From Azolla caroliniana (taxonomy: Eukaryota; Plantae; Polypodiophyta), in NCBI GenBank assembly GCA_043228905.1, contig JBHGNT010000008.1, positions 434,001-498,000 of the forward strand: 64,000 bases of DNA, read 5' to 3'. Below, one piece after another: positions 1 through 13,279 of this stretch; within the stretch, counting starts at the first letter, position 1, and every line of letters begins with the position of its first letter. The position numbers and the translations under genes were made by a program. Under the pieces are notes generated by a model that saw nothing but the letters and a program-made list of their open reading frames with translations, was not told the DNA's origin and searched no databases.

Positions 1-3000
1 TCTAGGTATGTCTGGAGAAGTCATTGATGACTGTAACATAGTACCTACAACCACCGAATGTTGTCGTCTAGGTTGGTCCCCATACATTGAATGTATTACA
101 TCCAGGATCCCTTTGCTTGTGTTCCTCTCCTTTGGGAACGGTTGTCGGTGCTATTTGATGAATTGACAAGCTTCGCACACCCCTACAATTTCCTTATTGG
201 TAAAGGTCAGGAGTCCAGGGACAAGACCTTTTGACTGCATTCCCTTGAGTTTTTGGAAATTGACGTAGCCTATCCTCTTGTGCCATAGCTCTATGTCAGT
301 GTCGGCTCTCTAGCCCTTGGCATACATGGCCGAATTCATCTCGTGAGAGTCGAGGATAAACATCTGACCTTCTCTCCGACCCCTAGCGATGAGTCGGCCT
401 TCTTTTTCGATGAAGCGTCCTCCATCATTGAAGCGGACTTGCATGCCTTGTTCGACTATCTGGCCAACTAAGACCAGGTTCTTTGTTATTGTAGGAACAT
501 GCAAAACGTTCATGATGTATGTTTGTTTGCCTTCTTCCCCAAATGGGATGTAGTTTACGAAGGCGCTACGGCTCTTCTGTGTGCACAGTGGATCGTGATG
601 TACTAGATCATTTAGTGCTCAAGACAGAAAGGGGAAGCGGAAGGAAACTTACCTTTGCACAATCCAAAAGCTTCTACTTCATTACACGCAGAGCTCAACT
701 CGCTCTCGTCTATTTTCTATTCTTTTTGTTCTTAAAACTACTCTCAATCTTCTTACTACACTTTTTACCTAACTTATAAGTGACTTATATATGCAGCTAA
801 TTAGCTGTCTATAGCTAAATAGTTGTCAGTAGCTAAATAGTTGTGCATAGCTAAATAGTTGTTTCACCTTTATGTCCACTAGTAGCTAATTAGCTAATAG
901 CTACAATAGCTTATTTCTTAATAAGCATCGCATACCTTTCTTGAGCTTGCTTCTCAACACTCCCCCTCAAGCTCAACTTAGCCTTTCTTGGGATCATCTT
1001 CAATCTTCTTTTCTTCATGCTTTTCAACTACCATGCCGATGGTTATAACTCCCATCATGTCTCTAAACTGTGTATGTTTTTTCATGCACAATCCCTTCGT
1101 AAGAATATCAACAACTTGCTGATTTGTACTTACATACAACAGGTCCACTTCTCCATCAATCACTTTTTCTCTAACAAAGTGATAATGCACTTCAATGTGC
1201 TTTGTTCTTGCATGGAACACTGGGTTTTTTGCCAGCTGAATGCCGCTCATATTGTCACACCAAATTGTGACAGCACCATCTATATATTCTCCCAAATGAG
1301 AAAGCAATCTTCTGATCCATACCTCTTCATAGGTCGTTATTGCAGCTCCTCTATATTCAACTTCAGTACTTGATAGTGCAACAGTAGCTTGTTTCTTGCT
1401 ACTCCATGAAATAGCTGCCCTTCCCAATGTAAACATATAACCACTTGTGGATCTTCTGCCAGTTTGGCTTCCAGCCCAATCAACATTTGTATATCCTTCC
1501 AGCTTTATGATCAAATCAGCCCTGTAAAACAGTCCATAATTTTGAGTAGCTTTTACATACCTCAAGATTCTTCTAATGCAGTCCAAGTGTGGCTTTGTTG
1601 GCTGTTGCATAAACTAGCTGACTAGTCCAACAGCATAACTCAGATCAGGTCTTGTTATAGTCAAATATATGAGGTTGCCCACCATAGACCTATACATGTT
1701 TACATCTTCTATCTTGGCTCCCAAATCAGCCCTCAATTTGCAGTTCTTATCTAGTGGTACACCAATAGGTTTGCATCCAAGCATACCATACTTCTTCAAC
1801 ATAGTTGTTGCATACCATACTTCTTCAACATAGTTGTTGCATATTGTTTTTGGAACATATATATACCACTTTCAGATCTGATCATCTCAATGCCAAGAAA
1901 GTATATCAACTCTCCCAAGTCCTTCATATGAAATTGCATTTCAAGAATTTTTTTTCACCTTGCTTATTTCATACATAGAATCACCTCTGATGATTAAATC
2001 ATCTACATAAATCAAAATCACAACAATGCAATCATTTATCCTTTTTACATATAATGATGGATCATCCTTTGACATTTTGAAGGCAAATTTTTTCAGAGAT
2101 TCTAAAAGTTCTTTATGCCATGCCCTTGGTGCTTGTTTCAATCCATAGAGAGCCTTTTTCAGCTTACAAACATTTTCTGGATGCTTCTTATCTTCAAAAC
2201 CTAGTGGTTACACATATACACTTCTTCTTCTAAGTTACCATGTAAAAAAGCATTTTTTACATCCATATGGTGCAGAACCCATCTTTTGGCTGCACTCACA
2301 GCAAGTAGTGTTCTCAATGTTGCCATCTTTGCAACCGGTGCAAATGTTTCATCATAATCAATTCCATGCATTTGGGCATACCCCTTTGCCACAAGTCTTG
2401 CTTTATGTCTACTAACATTTCCATTGGAATTATGCTTTGTCTTGTAGACCCATTTCCAACCTACAACATTTTTTCCTTTCAGTAACTTTACCAAATCCCA
2501 TGTTATGTTTTCAGCCAATGCATCTATTTCTTCTTGCATTGCATTCACCCATTTCTAATCAGATTTTGCTTTATCAAAACTATTTGGATCAGGTATTTGT
2601 ACCACTTTAGACATGTATGCATAATGCATAGCCATATATGTGTCATAACCAAATCTTTCAATAGTCTTTTTCTCTCTATCTGATCTTCTTAGTTTCTAAT
2701 TTGCATCTTTCATTACCTTTTCCATACTAGGGATTTTCAGGGCTCCTATACCAAGCTCATTATCCAATCATGTATCTAAATCTACATCTTACATGTTTCT
2801 AGACCCATCATCAAGCATTTCATATTCTGGCATCTTCTGTTTTCCCTTTTTATCATCATATTTTTTGTGTCTTGCATTTTTTCCACTCCATGCATTAGAT
2901 TCAGATTTACTACCTGAGCTTTCAGATGGTCTAGTACATTCCATTGATGTGGAACTTTGTTGTCCAACATTGTTTCCATCTCTGTGGTTATCTCTTACAT

Positions 3001-5389
3001 TTTCAGATTTATCCCTGTCTTCATTTTCATTGTCTTCATCGGTTTCTACATTTCCTTTTGGGCTATACCAGCTGCCCAACTCATCAAATATTACATCATG
3101 GCTTACCACAATCTTTTTTGTCAAAGGTTTATAGCATATATACCCTTTTTGCTCCTCTAAATATCCAACAAAAACACATTTTTCAGCTTTTGGATCAAGC
3201 TTACTTCTCACTTTAGCAGGTACATGAACATAGGCAAGGCATCCAAACACTTTTAAGTGTTCTAAACTAGGCTTCCTGCCATAGAATCATTCTTCAGGAG
3301 TTACTTCATGTACTCCAAATGTTATACATCTATTTAGAATAAATTTTGTTGTGTTTACAGCTTCTGCCCAATAATACAATGGCATTTTTTTTTCTGTCGT
3401 CATGGCTCTTACTATGTTCACCAGAGTTCTGTTTTTTCTCTCAGCAACTCCATTTTGTTGTGGAGTATATCTACATGTAAACTGTCTCCTTATTTCTTGA
3501 TTACATAGAAAATCAGAAATTTCATTTGAGAAATACTCTCCTCCTCCATTAGATCTTAAGCATTTTATTCTAGTTCCAACCTGCTTTTCTACCATGCATT
3601 TAAACTTACATGTCTTTAATGAGGGAAAGGCAACCTGTTTTGCTTTCCATATTGACATGCTTCACATATTTTGCTCATCTCATAGTCTTTGAGCTTAGGC
3701 AGTCCAACCACTGCATTTTTGCTCAACATATTTTTCAATGTTTGCATCCTTATGTGACCGATTCTTTTATGCCACATTTCCACATCTGAGATTACACTCA
3801 TTTCTTCTGCAAACATGGTTGTAATCTTTTTAGGCATATCCACATCTAACACAAACATCCTTCCTTGAGGTTTTCCTTTTGCAATAAGTTTTCCCTGTTT
3901 CTCTATAAAGCATCCACTTTGCTTGAACTTAATTTGCATTCCTTGCTCAACTATCTGTCCAACAAAAATCGGATTTTTTGCAAGGTTTGGCACATGCATA
4001 ACATTCAGCATATATTTTGTTTTTCCTTTTTCTTCCCATAATGGGATATCTCCAACATGCTCTATTTGGTGAGTAGTATTATCACCTATCTTTACATGTT
4101 GTTGGGGTGGGGAGTGAAACCTAGAATGGCTTCACCCCCCTCCCAAGGGGGTTACAGTAGGGAGAGATCTAGAGAGAGAGGCAAATAGGAAATGACACAA
4201 ATGTGAGAGGGGGAAATTGTATATTTCATTATACCCCATGGGTGGGGTTTATATAGTACAAGAGGTAACCGTTACAAATAAAGAATGAGACAAGTAGGGA
4301 GTTACATTACTTACCCACTTTCTCACCTTTGTACACATGCACACAAATATGCATGTGTTCATACACATACTCATCCTCATACATTCATTTATAATACACA
4401 TACACAGCAACCACATCATTACACATACCCTTATGCATCCCCGTATATTCTTACGGGTAACACATGGCACGCCTATGGGATAGTGCATTGCACGGTGAAT
4501 CCACTCACCATGGCAACTCTTCTCGACCGGAACTCCATCGATCGTCTCAACGGTCGGAAATCCCTCGACCGGATCATTTCTCTACAATCGATAACTTCAA
4601 TCGGAGCTTGCTTGACTCGAACCTTCTCGTTCGGTCAACCCAAGTCGCGATTGGATCATACACCAATCGGCTAGTTCAATGTGGCATGGGTCGTGAAATC
4701 ATGTTGTGCATTTGTGTATTCTTTCTTTTATCATGTGAGTTGTGTTTTCGAAATTTCATGATTTGTACCCCTTAGTTTTTAAAATTCTAATTTTTACCCT
4801 CACATGTTTAGAATTTTATTAGGTACCCTCCGGTTTTGGAAATCTTCTCTACTACCTTCGAGCTTCTAAAATTCAATTGTGTGCCCTTGAGTTCTTGCAA
4901 ATTTTCTCTGCGTACCCTTCTCTTCTTTCATTTCCTCTCTTCACCTTCTTTCCCTTGTCCTCTTTTCTTCTTCTCTGCGTCTGTATTCTTCTTTTTCCTA
5001 CGTCCTCTTTTCCCCTCCTCTACGTCCGACTCTTCGTCGACTCGTTCGGCCTTCTGTCCGTTGTCTCCCCGTTAGCAGCCGGTTCGGCTGCTGACGTTCG
5101 GCGGCCAACTCTGTTGTTGTCCGCTCTATCGGACTTCGGCCCTCGTTGTCTACCAGTTGTCTGATTACTGTCGGACATCGTTCGTGGTTGTCAATTGTCT
5201 CCGCCGATCGTAGCCAGCAGTCCATTGGCTGCGCTCGCCGGCTGTTGTTGTCCACTGGTCGTGTCTGTCCAGCGGCCATCGCTCTGTCTAGGTGCCTCTC
5301 TCGGCAAACCTCTGTTTGGCTGTCTCTCGGCCGGCTCTTGGCGCTCAGCTGACTCTCGGCTCCCGGCCGTCACTCGGTCGTACTCTTAC

Positions 5390-5750
5390 TCTTGGGCATT
5401 GTTGCGAGCAGGCCCTTGTCGAAGCCAGATAATACTGCATTAGTGTCTTTCCCACCAACTACAAAGAATCTATGGAATGATGTCTGCAGCAGCTGCGAGT
5501 GGTTGTCTTCTTCTGAGGATGGAGAGGTGGAATGGGTGCACGAAGCAGAGGATGTCAATATTTTCGTAATGGAAGATAGTGTCCCTCTCTATAGCGTAGC
5601 AATCTCCTTCCTCCATGTCCATCGGTTGGAGCTCGTTCCCATCAATCCATGAGAACCGGCCTCTTCCTTTGTAGACCACAAATATTGGATCTGTGTCTAT
5701 GTATTGGGATAAGCGGAAGAGCATTTCTCCTGCCTATGTCTTGATGACTA
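5390..5750 (-). pseudogene. Captured, intronless vicilin-like (7S globulin, cupin_1) fragment
   Basis: VIKT*AGEM...SQYIDTDPIFVVYKGRGRFSWIDGNELQPMDMEEGDCYAIERDTIFHYEN...FHRFFVVGGKDTNAVLSGFD follows the N-terminal cupin of vicilin-like proteins. Contains a stop, a deletion and a frameshift. Confidence 0.75.
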
Positions 5751-5884
5751 GGAGGCATAGCTTCGGTTGAGTAGGTACTGATCAAACTCCTGAAGACCTA
5801 ATGCGCATCTGAGATTTGGGATCTGAACGACTGCCATGGAAGCTCTCGATGTTGTTGTGTCAGCTTCCTCTCATGGATTTATTT

Positions 5885-6420
5885 AAAGTTTCAACAGAAA
5901 CAATCTCATCTTCAATGGTCATCATGATCTGCAGCTTTTTTTATTCCACAACGAATAGCTACAAGTTTTGATGCCCCCCCAATGAAGACAAGGCATGGTA
6001 ACACTCTGAATTGCTTCCTTGAGTTTTGCCATTTTAGTTTCATCATCCCATGGCTTCACATCCAAGAGAACAGAGGACTTGCCACTCTCTTTCTTTCTTT
6101 GTACTAGCTTTCTTCTAAGCTTCGCATTCAGCTGCAACTTTCTTTTCCTCTTCAGTTTCTTCCTAGTTTTCCTCTTCAGTTTCTTCCTAGAGAGATCCAG
6201 ATCATCATCATTTGCTTCCTTGGTAGCCTCTACAGTTGGGGCAGCATCACAAACAGGGGCAGGCACTCCCGTAATGTTAACATCAACAAGGGTTCCCAGT
6301 AGAGATTTCTTTAGTAATGCAGAGATGTGGTTATACCAACATGATACATTCACTAAATCACTCTTGGGTGGCTGAGAAAAAGCAAGATATACTAGCAAGT
6401 CGTCTTTTGAGGCATAATAT
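5885..6420 (-). pseudogene. Processed (intronless) elongation factor 1-beta/delta (eEF1B) fragment
   Basis: ASKDDLLVY...[13 protein letters not shown]...DDDLDL...[20 protein letters not shown]..., then after frameshifts [32 protein letters not shown]. No introns across this span; both termini are missing. Confidence 0.93.
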
Positions 6421-9400
6421 CGAGAGCTCGTCTCATCTACAACCTTGCCTGGGTGGCCACCTATATTTGCATCACACAAATGGACTTTTAGGAGATGATT
6501 TTAGGGTTGTCATAGAGAAGCTCTCATAGGAAATGGGTGATGAAATGTACTTTTTCCTATTGTGGGTTTTGGCAAAGATTAGGGTTTGTTGTGGTGGGTT
6601 TTAATAAGGATTGGAGTTTATGCAGAGAATCTGGGGGCTTGATGAAGTGGGCTACAAGCAGAAATAAAGATTTCCAGTAGAAATTAGAGTTTCCTTGTGA
6701 TGTGGGTGATCATAAGGGATGTGCAAGAGAGAAAATGCATAGAATCATCTTATATCATGCACCCTACACACACATACAGAACACATACATGCGGACGAAG
6801 AGAGGGAGAGATAGAGATTAGTGATGGAGAGGGAGAGTAAGGGATAGACTTCCTCTCAAGGGAGGGTAGGCCTTTCAAGTGTGCCAAAAGTGTTGCTGGG
6901 GTGGGGAGTGAAGCCTAGAATGGCTTCACCCCCCTCCCAAGGGGGTTACGATAGGGAGAGAGCTACAAAGAGAGGCAAATAGGAAATGACACAAATGTGA
7001 GAGGGGAAATTTGTATATTTCATTATGCCCCATGGGTGGGGTTTATATAGTACAAGAGGTAATCGTTACAAATAAAGAATGAGACAAGTAGGGAGTTACA
7101 TTACTTACCCACTTTCTCACCTTTGTACACATGCACACAAATATGCATGTGTTCATACACATACTCATCCGCATACATTCATTTATAATACACATACACA
7201 TCAACCACATCATTACACATACCCTTATGCCTCCCCATATATTCTTACGGGTAACAGTACATAACCAGGAATCTCTGGTTCTCTTAGACTTTCAAACCAG
7301 TTTGCATGTCCTTTCATATTATTAGATGGCCCACAATCTACATACCACATAAACTCTTCATTACATCTCTGTGAACATTCAGCCATTGTTGTTGTTTCAT
7401 GTTGCACCACAAATGCATCATCTTTATCACAGGCTTCACTAGTTGAAGCATAGTTATTTTTCTGTCTCTTCCCTCTTTTTTCATCATTTTGCTTTTTATA
7501 GCATTCAGCCTGTGTATGGCCTGGTTTTCCACAATACCAACAGCCATCATCATTCAAATATAAGTTTGCTTACCTCTACCTTGATTGCTCCCCTTGCCTC
7601 TGATGTTGTTTCTTCCACTTACAGCCTGTTGTCCTCTTTCTTGATAACTGTTGTTGTTGGTTCTAGCTGAACCAAATCTTCCATGGCCTCTTCCTTGGCC
7701 TCTTCCAACACTATTGTAGAGGGCTTGCCCCTCAATCTCAAAGTTCCCTTTGTTTACATCATCCATCTGATTTCTTTCTTCCACTACAAGCATTGAAACC
7801 AAATCTAGAAAACTTGGGATGCTATCCCTTGTGAGGATAGATGTTTTGTAGCTTTTATATTGAGGTCCTAAACCTCTTAAGCATATTTCCACCTTATCAT
7901 CGTCTTCTTCCTTCACATTGATAGAAGCAAGTGATTCACATATGCTCTTTATTTTTAGAGCATACTCATTTACTGACATCTTACCTTTTTCCAAGGTATT
8001 TAGCTCAGTCTTCAACTGAAGCTTTCTAGCCTTTGTGTTCACTGCAAACAATTTTTGTAAACTGTCCCAAGCTTCTTTTGGAAGCATAGCATCTTGTATG
8101 TGTCCAAGCATCAAATCTGAGATGCTAAGTGAGAGCCAATGCAATACCTTTCTTGCCCCTTGATTCCATTCTTTAAATGCTTTAATCTCTGCAGTAGTTG
8201 CTTTAATCTCTGCAGAAGAAAATGCAACTACTGCAGAGATTAAAGCATTTTCTTCTAGGATCTCTGGAGCCTCTTCTAGGTCTCCTTCAATGTAATCCCA
8301 ATATCCTTTTCCCATCAGGAAATTTTTCATTCTGAATTTCCACGCCGGGAAATTGTTTTTATCTAATTTTTCTATGACTATTTGGTTTGCATTTTCAGCA
8401 GCCATCTCTCTTTCAATTAGGGCTTTTTTTAATGATTAACTTCACAGGCAACTCTCTGATTCAGATCAGCAAATAGAGAAACAACATTTCTCAGATTTGT
8501 ACTGTTCTAATCTTCTTTATGAGCAACTCTGCTCTAATACCATGTTACGAAGGCGCTACGGCTCTTCTGTGTGCACAGTAGATCGTGATGTGCTGGATGA
8601 TTTAGTGCTCAAGACAGAAAGGGGAAGGGGAAGGAGACTTACCTTTGCACAGTCCAAAAGTTTCTACTTCATTACACGCAGAGCTCAACTCGCTCTCATC
8701 TGTTTTCTATTCTTTTTGTTCTTACAACTACTCTCACTCTTCTTACTACACTTTTTACCTAAGTTATAAGTTACTTATATATGCAGCTAATTAGCTACTA
8801 GGAGCTAATTAGTTGTCTGTAGCTAAATAGTTGTGCATAGCTAAATAGTTGTGCATAGCTAAATAGTTGTTTCACCTTTATGTCCACTAGTAACTAATTA
8901 GCTAATAGCTATTATAGCTTATTTCTCACTAAGCATCGCATACCTTTCTTGAGCTTGCTTCTCAACAGTTTCCACATAGCCGTTCGGGCTTTCGTAGCTC
9001 CTTGAACCAATCCTCGTGGGATGTCATGTGGTTCGATGCGCCCGAGTTGACATACCATACATCTTCTGGTTTGGAGATGTTGGTCGGGTTCGAGGCTATC
9101 ATCGAGTGCGCTCTATGCCTCATCACAAACATTCTGCCACAATTATCGTAGTCGGAGTTGGAGGCGTAGTTTGTGAGTTGTCAACTTGTGGAGGCCGACT
9201 CACTCTTCTTTTTCTGACACTCTGCCTCACATTGGCCAAATTTACCACAGTATCTGCACTGGCCAAATAGTCCTGATTGCTCCCCCTTCTTCAAGACTCT
9301 CCACCTCGCACGTTCGAGACGTCTTGTCGGTAATAGAAGTTGTGTTCTCGGGGTTGCTCTTGGTTGTGTCGCCCTTGGCCAAATCAACCTCTTCTTCCCC

Positions 9401-10220
9401 GACCTTGTCCTCTTCCTCCATCGAAGTTTGAATAGAGCATTTGTCCTTCTTGCGCATTGCTTCTTGTTTGAACATGATTCTCCTCGACCAGCAACATCGA
9501 CTGGAGATTGAAGGAGGAGGGAGGATTCTCCCTTGCGAGAACAACCGACCGAATGGCCCCAAAACGAGGTGCTAAGCCTCTAAGGCAAATCTACACCATT
9601 TCGTCATCGTCAATGCTAACATTGATCGAACTGAGGGCGTCTCACGGCTCCTTGATCTTCAAGGTGTAGGGGTTGATTGACATGTCCCTCTGTTGTATGC
9701 CGTTCAACTCTTGACGGACTTGAAGCTTTCTTGCGGTCGTGTTGGCTGCGAAAATCTTCTTGAGGTTCCCCCATGCCTCCTTCGGCATTTTGGCCTCTCG
9801 AATGTAGCCGAGCATGTGATCATGGACGCATGATGCAAAGCAATACAACACACGACTCGTCGCTTGCTTTCAAGTTGGGTTATCGACATGTGTTGGGTTG
9901 GGTTGATTCTCGTTGGCCCCATCGACATAACTCCAGTAGCCTTGGCCAACAAGGTATTACTCCCACGATGCAAAGTTGTTTATGTCGAGCTTTTCAGTAG
10001 GAAGAGTGCTTCCCATCTGTGTGTTCATGTTGAGCTTCTTCTTCTTCTTCTTCTTCTTGATGCGAGTTGTGTAGATGGTTGCTACAGTGATCAATAGGTT
10101 CTTGTCGAACGCGGAATCGGGCACAGCACACCCAGAGGCGATGGGCTTTGATCAAGCAACCACGTGCTCTGATACCATGTAAAGAATCGGATAGATTCTG
10201 TGCAGCAGAAGAATTGTGTG

Positions 10221-10256
<36 letters not shown>

Positions 10257-10837
10257 CCTTACGATTACTGAAAATCAGAAAACTGTATTACAGAGAAAGC
10301 AAGATCAACCAACATTAAAACGAGAGGGAGAAGGTGCTTATGTAGTCACCTTCTCTCTAAGTTCTCTCACTAGTACAACCTCTTGGGAAAGAGGTTGTGA
10401 CTTAACTACCTAAGGAATATGTGACATAGGACATTAACTTCAATGACACACTAGTTACTATACAAGGAGGTGGGGTGTTCACACACTTTAGTATCTTAGT
10501 GGATGTTCCCACTCACGGGAAGTTGAGTTTGATTCTCAACATAGTCCAATGGCCATATCTTGGCCTACATAAGGAGCTTACCCTCATTATGACAAATTCC
10601 AAATTCCAAATTTCTTATTTCTACTCTCTCCCATTATAATCTTGAACATTCTCTAGCCCCTTAGTCTCTTTTGTTTTGTCCCAACTTTGGGATTGTTGTA
10701 ACCTTGCTTCTCCTTCATATAATATAAATCATCTTTCTCTCCCAATTCTCTTTGTTCTAATTGTGTTTTTCATACGTTTCGAGACCCCCACAATCTAGGG
10801 GCATAACAATAATGTCGACATGATAAGTTCATCTTAT

Positions 10838-12115
10838 CTAGATCGTGTTGTGAAAGGAGTATCGACCGACTGCCACAAACAAGTTCTTACCCAAGAGGAG
10901 AATCAAGTTGAAGATTTACTTCAATGAAGCAACTCGTGTACAAACTCCCTTATGCTTTTCATAAAGTAAGCAAAGGACTATTGGCCACTAGTCCATAGAT
11001 GTTATATAAAGTAATTTGGTAGGAGCTAGTAGACAAGGATTTGAGTTTTTTCTTCATAATATTAAACAACTCAAATAAAGATTCAAGGAGTACTGATGGG
11101 TAAGGGTTCCCTTTGCAAAAGAAAAAGAAAAAGAAATCAATTTTCATTCATGGTAAAGAGTGATCAATGGCACAAGGGAGAGTAAGAAAGAATGAGCAAA
11201 TTAATTAATCATCTGTTCTTCAAATCTTAGAAATGAAATATTTGCCACAAACCAATGTTGGCATGATGTTTAAAAAGGTTCTAGATCATGTTGCAAAAGG
11301 AATATGGATCTACAACACAAACAAATTCATACCCAAGAGGAGAATCAAGGTGGAGTTAATTCAACAAAGGGACTCGCATACAAACTCCCTCATGCTTTTC
11401 ACAAAGTAAGCAAAGGATTATTCGCCACTACTAGTCCATAGATATTATATAAAGTATTTGGTTGGAGCTAGTAGACAAGGATGTGAGAGTTTTTACTTCA
11501 TAATAACATAAACAACTCAAATCAAATATTCGAGGTGTAAGGCCTTTGAGAAAGAGACAAAAATTAACTATCATTCATGGTAAGGAGTCATCGACCAAAC
11601 GAGGAGAGCAAGAAAGAAAGAACAAATCAATTAATCATCCATTCTTCAAATTTTGGAAATGGAATATTTGCCAGAAACCAATGTTGGCATATGTTTAAAA
11701 TGATTCTAGATAGTTTCGCGAAAGGAGTAACGATCTACTACACAAACAAATTGTTACCCAAGAGGAGAATCAAGGTGAAGAATTATTGCAATGAAGGGAC
11801 TCACGTACAAACTCCATTGGAGGACTATTGGCTACTAATCCATAGATGTTATATAAAGTAACGGGTAGTAGATTGTAGAGAAGGATTCAAGATTTTCCTT
11901 CATGATATCATAAACTCAAATAAAGATTCAAGGTGTAAAGATGGGCAAAAGATCCCTTCGACAAAGAGAAAGAGAAAGACATTCATTTTCATTCGTGGTA
12001 AAGAGGTGGTAAAGGGGCATCAAAGGGGCATCGATGACACGAGGGAGAGCAAGAAAGAACAAATCAATTAATCATCCTTCCTTCAAAACAAATCAATTAA
12101 TCATCCCTCCTTCAA
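10838..12115. repeat. Diverged tandem repeat, about 3 copies of a 425-445 bp unit
   Basis: Unit starts CTAGAT...AAAGGA at ~10838, 11281 and 11706. Shared cores such as ACCCAAGAGGAGAATCAAG and AACTCAAAT recur in order. Confidence 0.8.
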
Positions 12116-12471
12116 CTCCATTTTAACTCAAAGGGCCTCCACTTGTTCCCACGTGTCCTAGCCTCTAGGTCCAGATGGGTTTGTTCCAAAATCCTAGTGT
12201 ATGGAATTAACCCATTAAAGTTAGCTATTGTAACCCATTAAAATTAACTATAGAATGGATCAGCAAAGGTACTCATCGTCTAACATAACACATTGATATT
12301 CCCTAAAAAGGGCTTCACTCCGATGGGTATGAATGATACACCACCAGCACTAGCCATCAAAGCACTCGCCATCAAAGACAGGAGGACGTTAAGGGAATCA
12401 ATGTAGGATTCGGCTATGGTTTGATTTAGGCTTAACAGATTTGGCCTTGCCCAAACAAAATCAAGCTCCAA

Positions 12472-12536
12472 TTCCTAAACCGGTTCAAGCTTAATCAGTT
12501 TGATCAAACTGATTAAGCTTAAAACCAGTTTAGGAA
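12472..12536. repeat. Palindrome with perfect 34-bp core inside an AAACCG-rich patch
   Basis: AAGCTTAATCAGTTTGA|TCAAACTGATTAAGCTT (12487-12520), extended imperfectly by TTCCTAAAC...GTTTAGGAA. Confidence 0.85.
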
Positions 12537-13279
12537 CCGGTTTGGCTAAAACCAATTAAACTGGTTCGGTTCAGCTTGACCTTAGCCAAACCGAGATTAA
12601 ACCAGTTACGAAGAAGGCTCAGGCCTGAACGGAACCGCCAAACCATATGCAACAGCTTTTAACGGCTAGGTGTAGCTGTACTCCTAAGCATGATCGAGGA
12701 AATCAATCAAATTTGTGATTACAACAAGAATGGCACCATTGAGGAAACGAACAAATTTGTGATTATGTCAAGCAATTACAATTTCATAGCTCTACACTCC
12801 CAGTATTAACAATGGTATGGCAACAGAATAGCACACATCCCTCAAAAATGAGGAGCTAGCGTTGCTTTAAAATAATGAGTAGAGCGCATTTCTGCCTAGA
12901 AAACTAGAAAGTGTGTACAAGAATTATATGTTTGTGTTAAGTTAAGTGTCTCAAGTATGAACGATAGGAACATAATGATGGATGGTGGAGCAATACTATT
13001 GCTATAAAAACCAAACCAAACCAAAACACACGAGTGTGTACAAACACAAACTCTTGCGATTTCACGGAGACAAAAGTGAATGATATACAATACCATACAT
13101 ATACATTCAAGGGGATCCCCACCCTTCCGATCGATCGATCGATCAAAGAGGATCAGGTGAGAGGGGATGGGCGGCAGCTATCTATACATGTAGGCCACGG
13201 GAGAGAGCTAAGGTTTTCTTCCCCATAAAAAACACAGAGAGAGAGAGAGAGATGGAGGGAGGGAGGGAAAGAAGGAAGG

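Larger units (their letters stand above)
4097..7256. mobile_element. Non-autonomous LTR element C (3160 bp, no gag/pol) carrying host mRNA fragments
   Basis: Direct 366-bp LTRs 4097-4462 and 6891-7256 with TG...CA ends. 5-bp TSD TTACA (4092-4096) / GTACA (7257-7261). Removing it restores the B reading GYV-KIGD. No retroelement ORF is recognisable internally. Confidence 0.93.
555..8967 (-). mobile_element. Ty1/copia element B, full length but pseudogenised
   Basis: LTRs ~555-959 and 8543-8967. PBS GCTCTAATACCA 8531-8542; PPT (plus-strand CTCCCCCTCAAG) from 960. Gag 7554-8405, zinc knuckle CWYCGKPGH, integrase 2789-4011, RT (YVDD) 1614-2548, RNase H 978-1610, with many stops and frameshifts. 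The left junction has lost the LTR terminal TG, the TSD and roughly 40 bp of host A. Confidence 0.95.
1..10541 (-). mobile_element. Ty1/copia element A (degenerate, 3' part outside window), split by insertion of element B
   Basis: 5' LTR 10178-10541 (minus strand TGTTGAGAATC...TTTACA). PBS-iMet GCTCTGATACCA at 10166-10177. Gag fragments 9242-10016; GAG-pre-integrase and integrase start (LWHKRIG, IHSNVW) in 1-513. Same family as element F. Confidence 0.9.

Noticed and set aside
5922-6479. 185-aa ORF as a functional eEF1B gene
   Set aside because: It has frameshifts, lacks the N- and C-termini and sits inside an LTR element.
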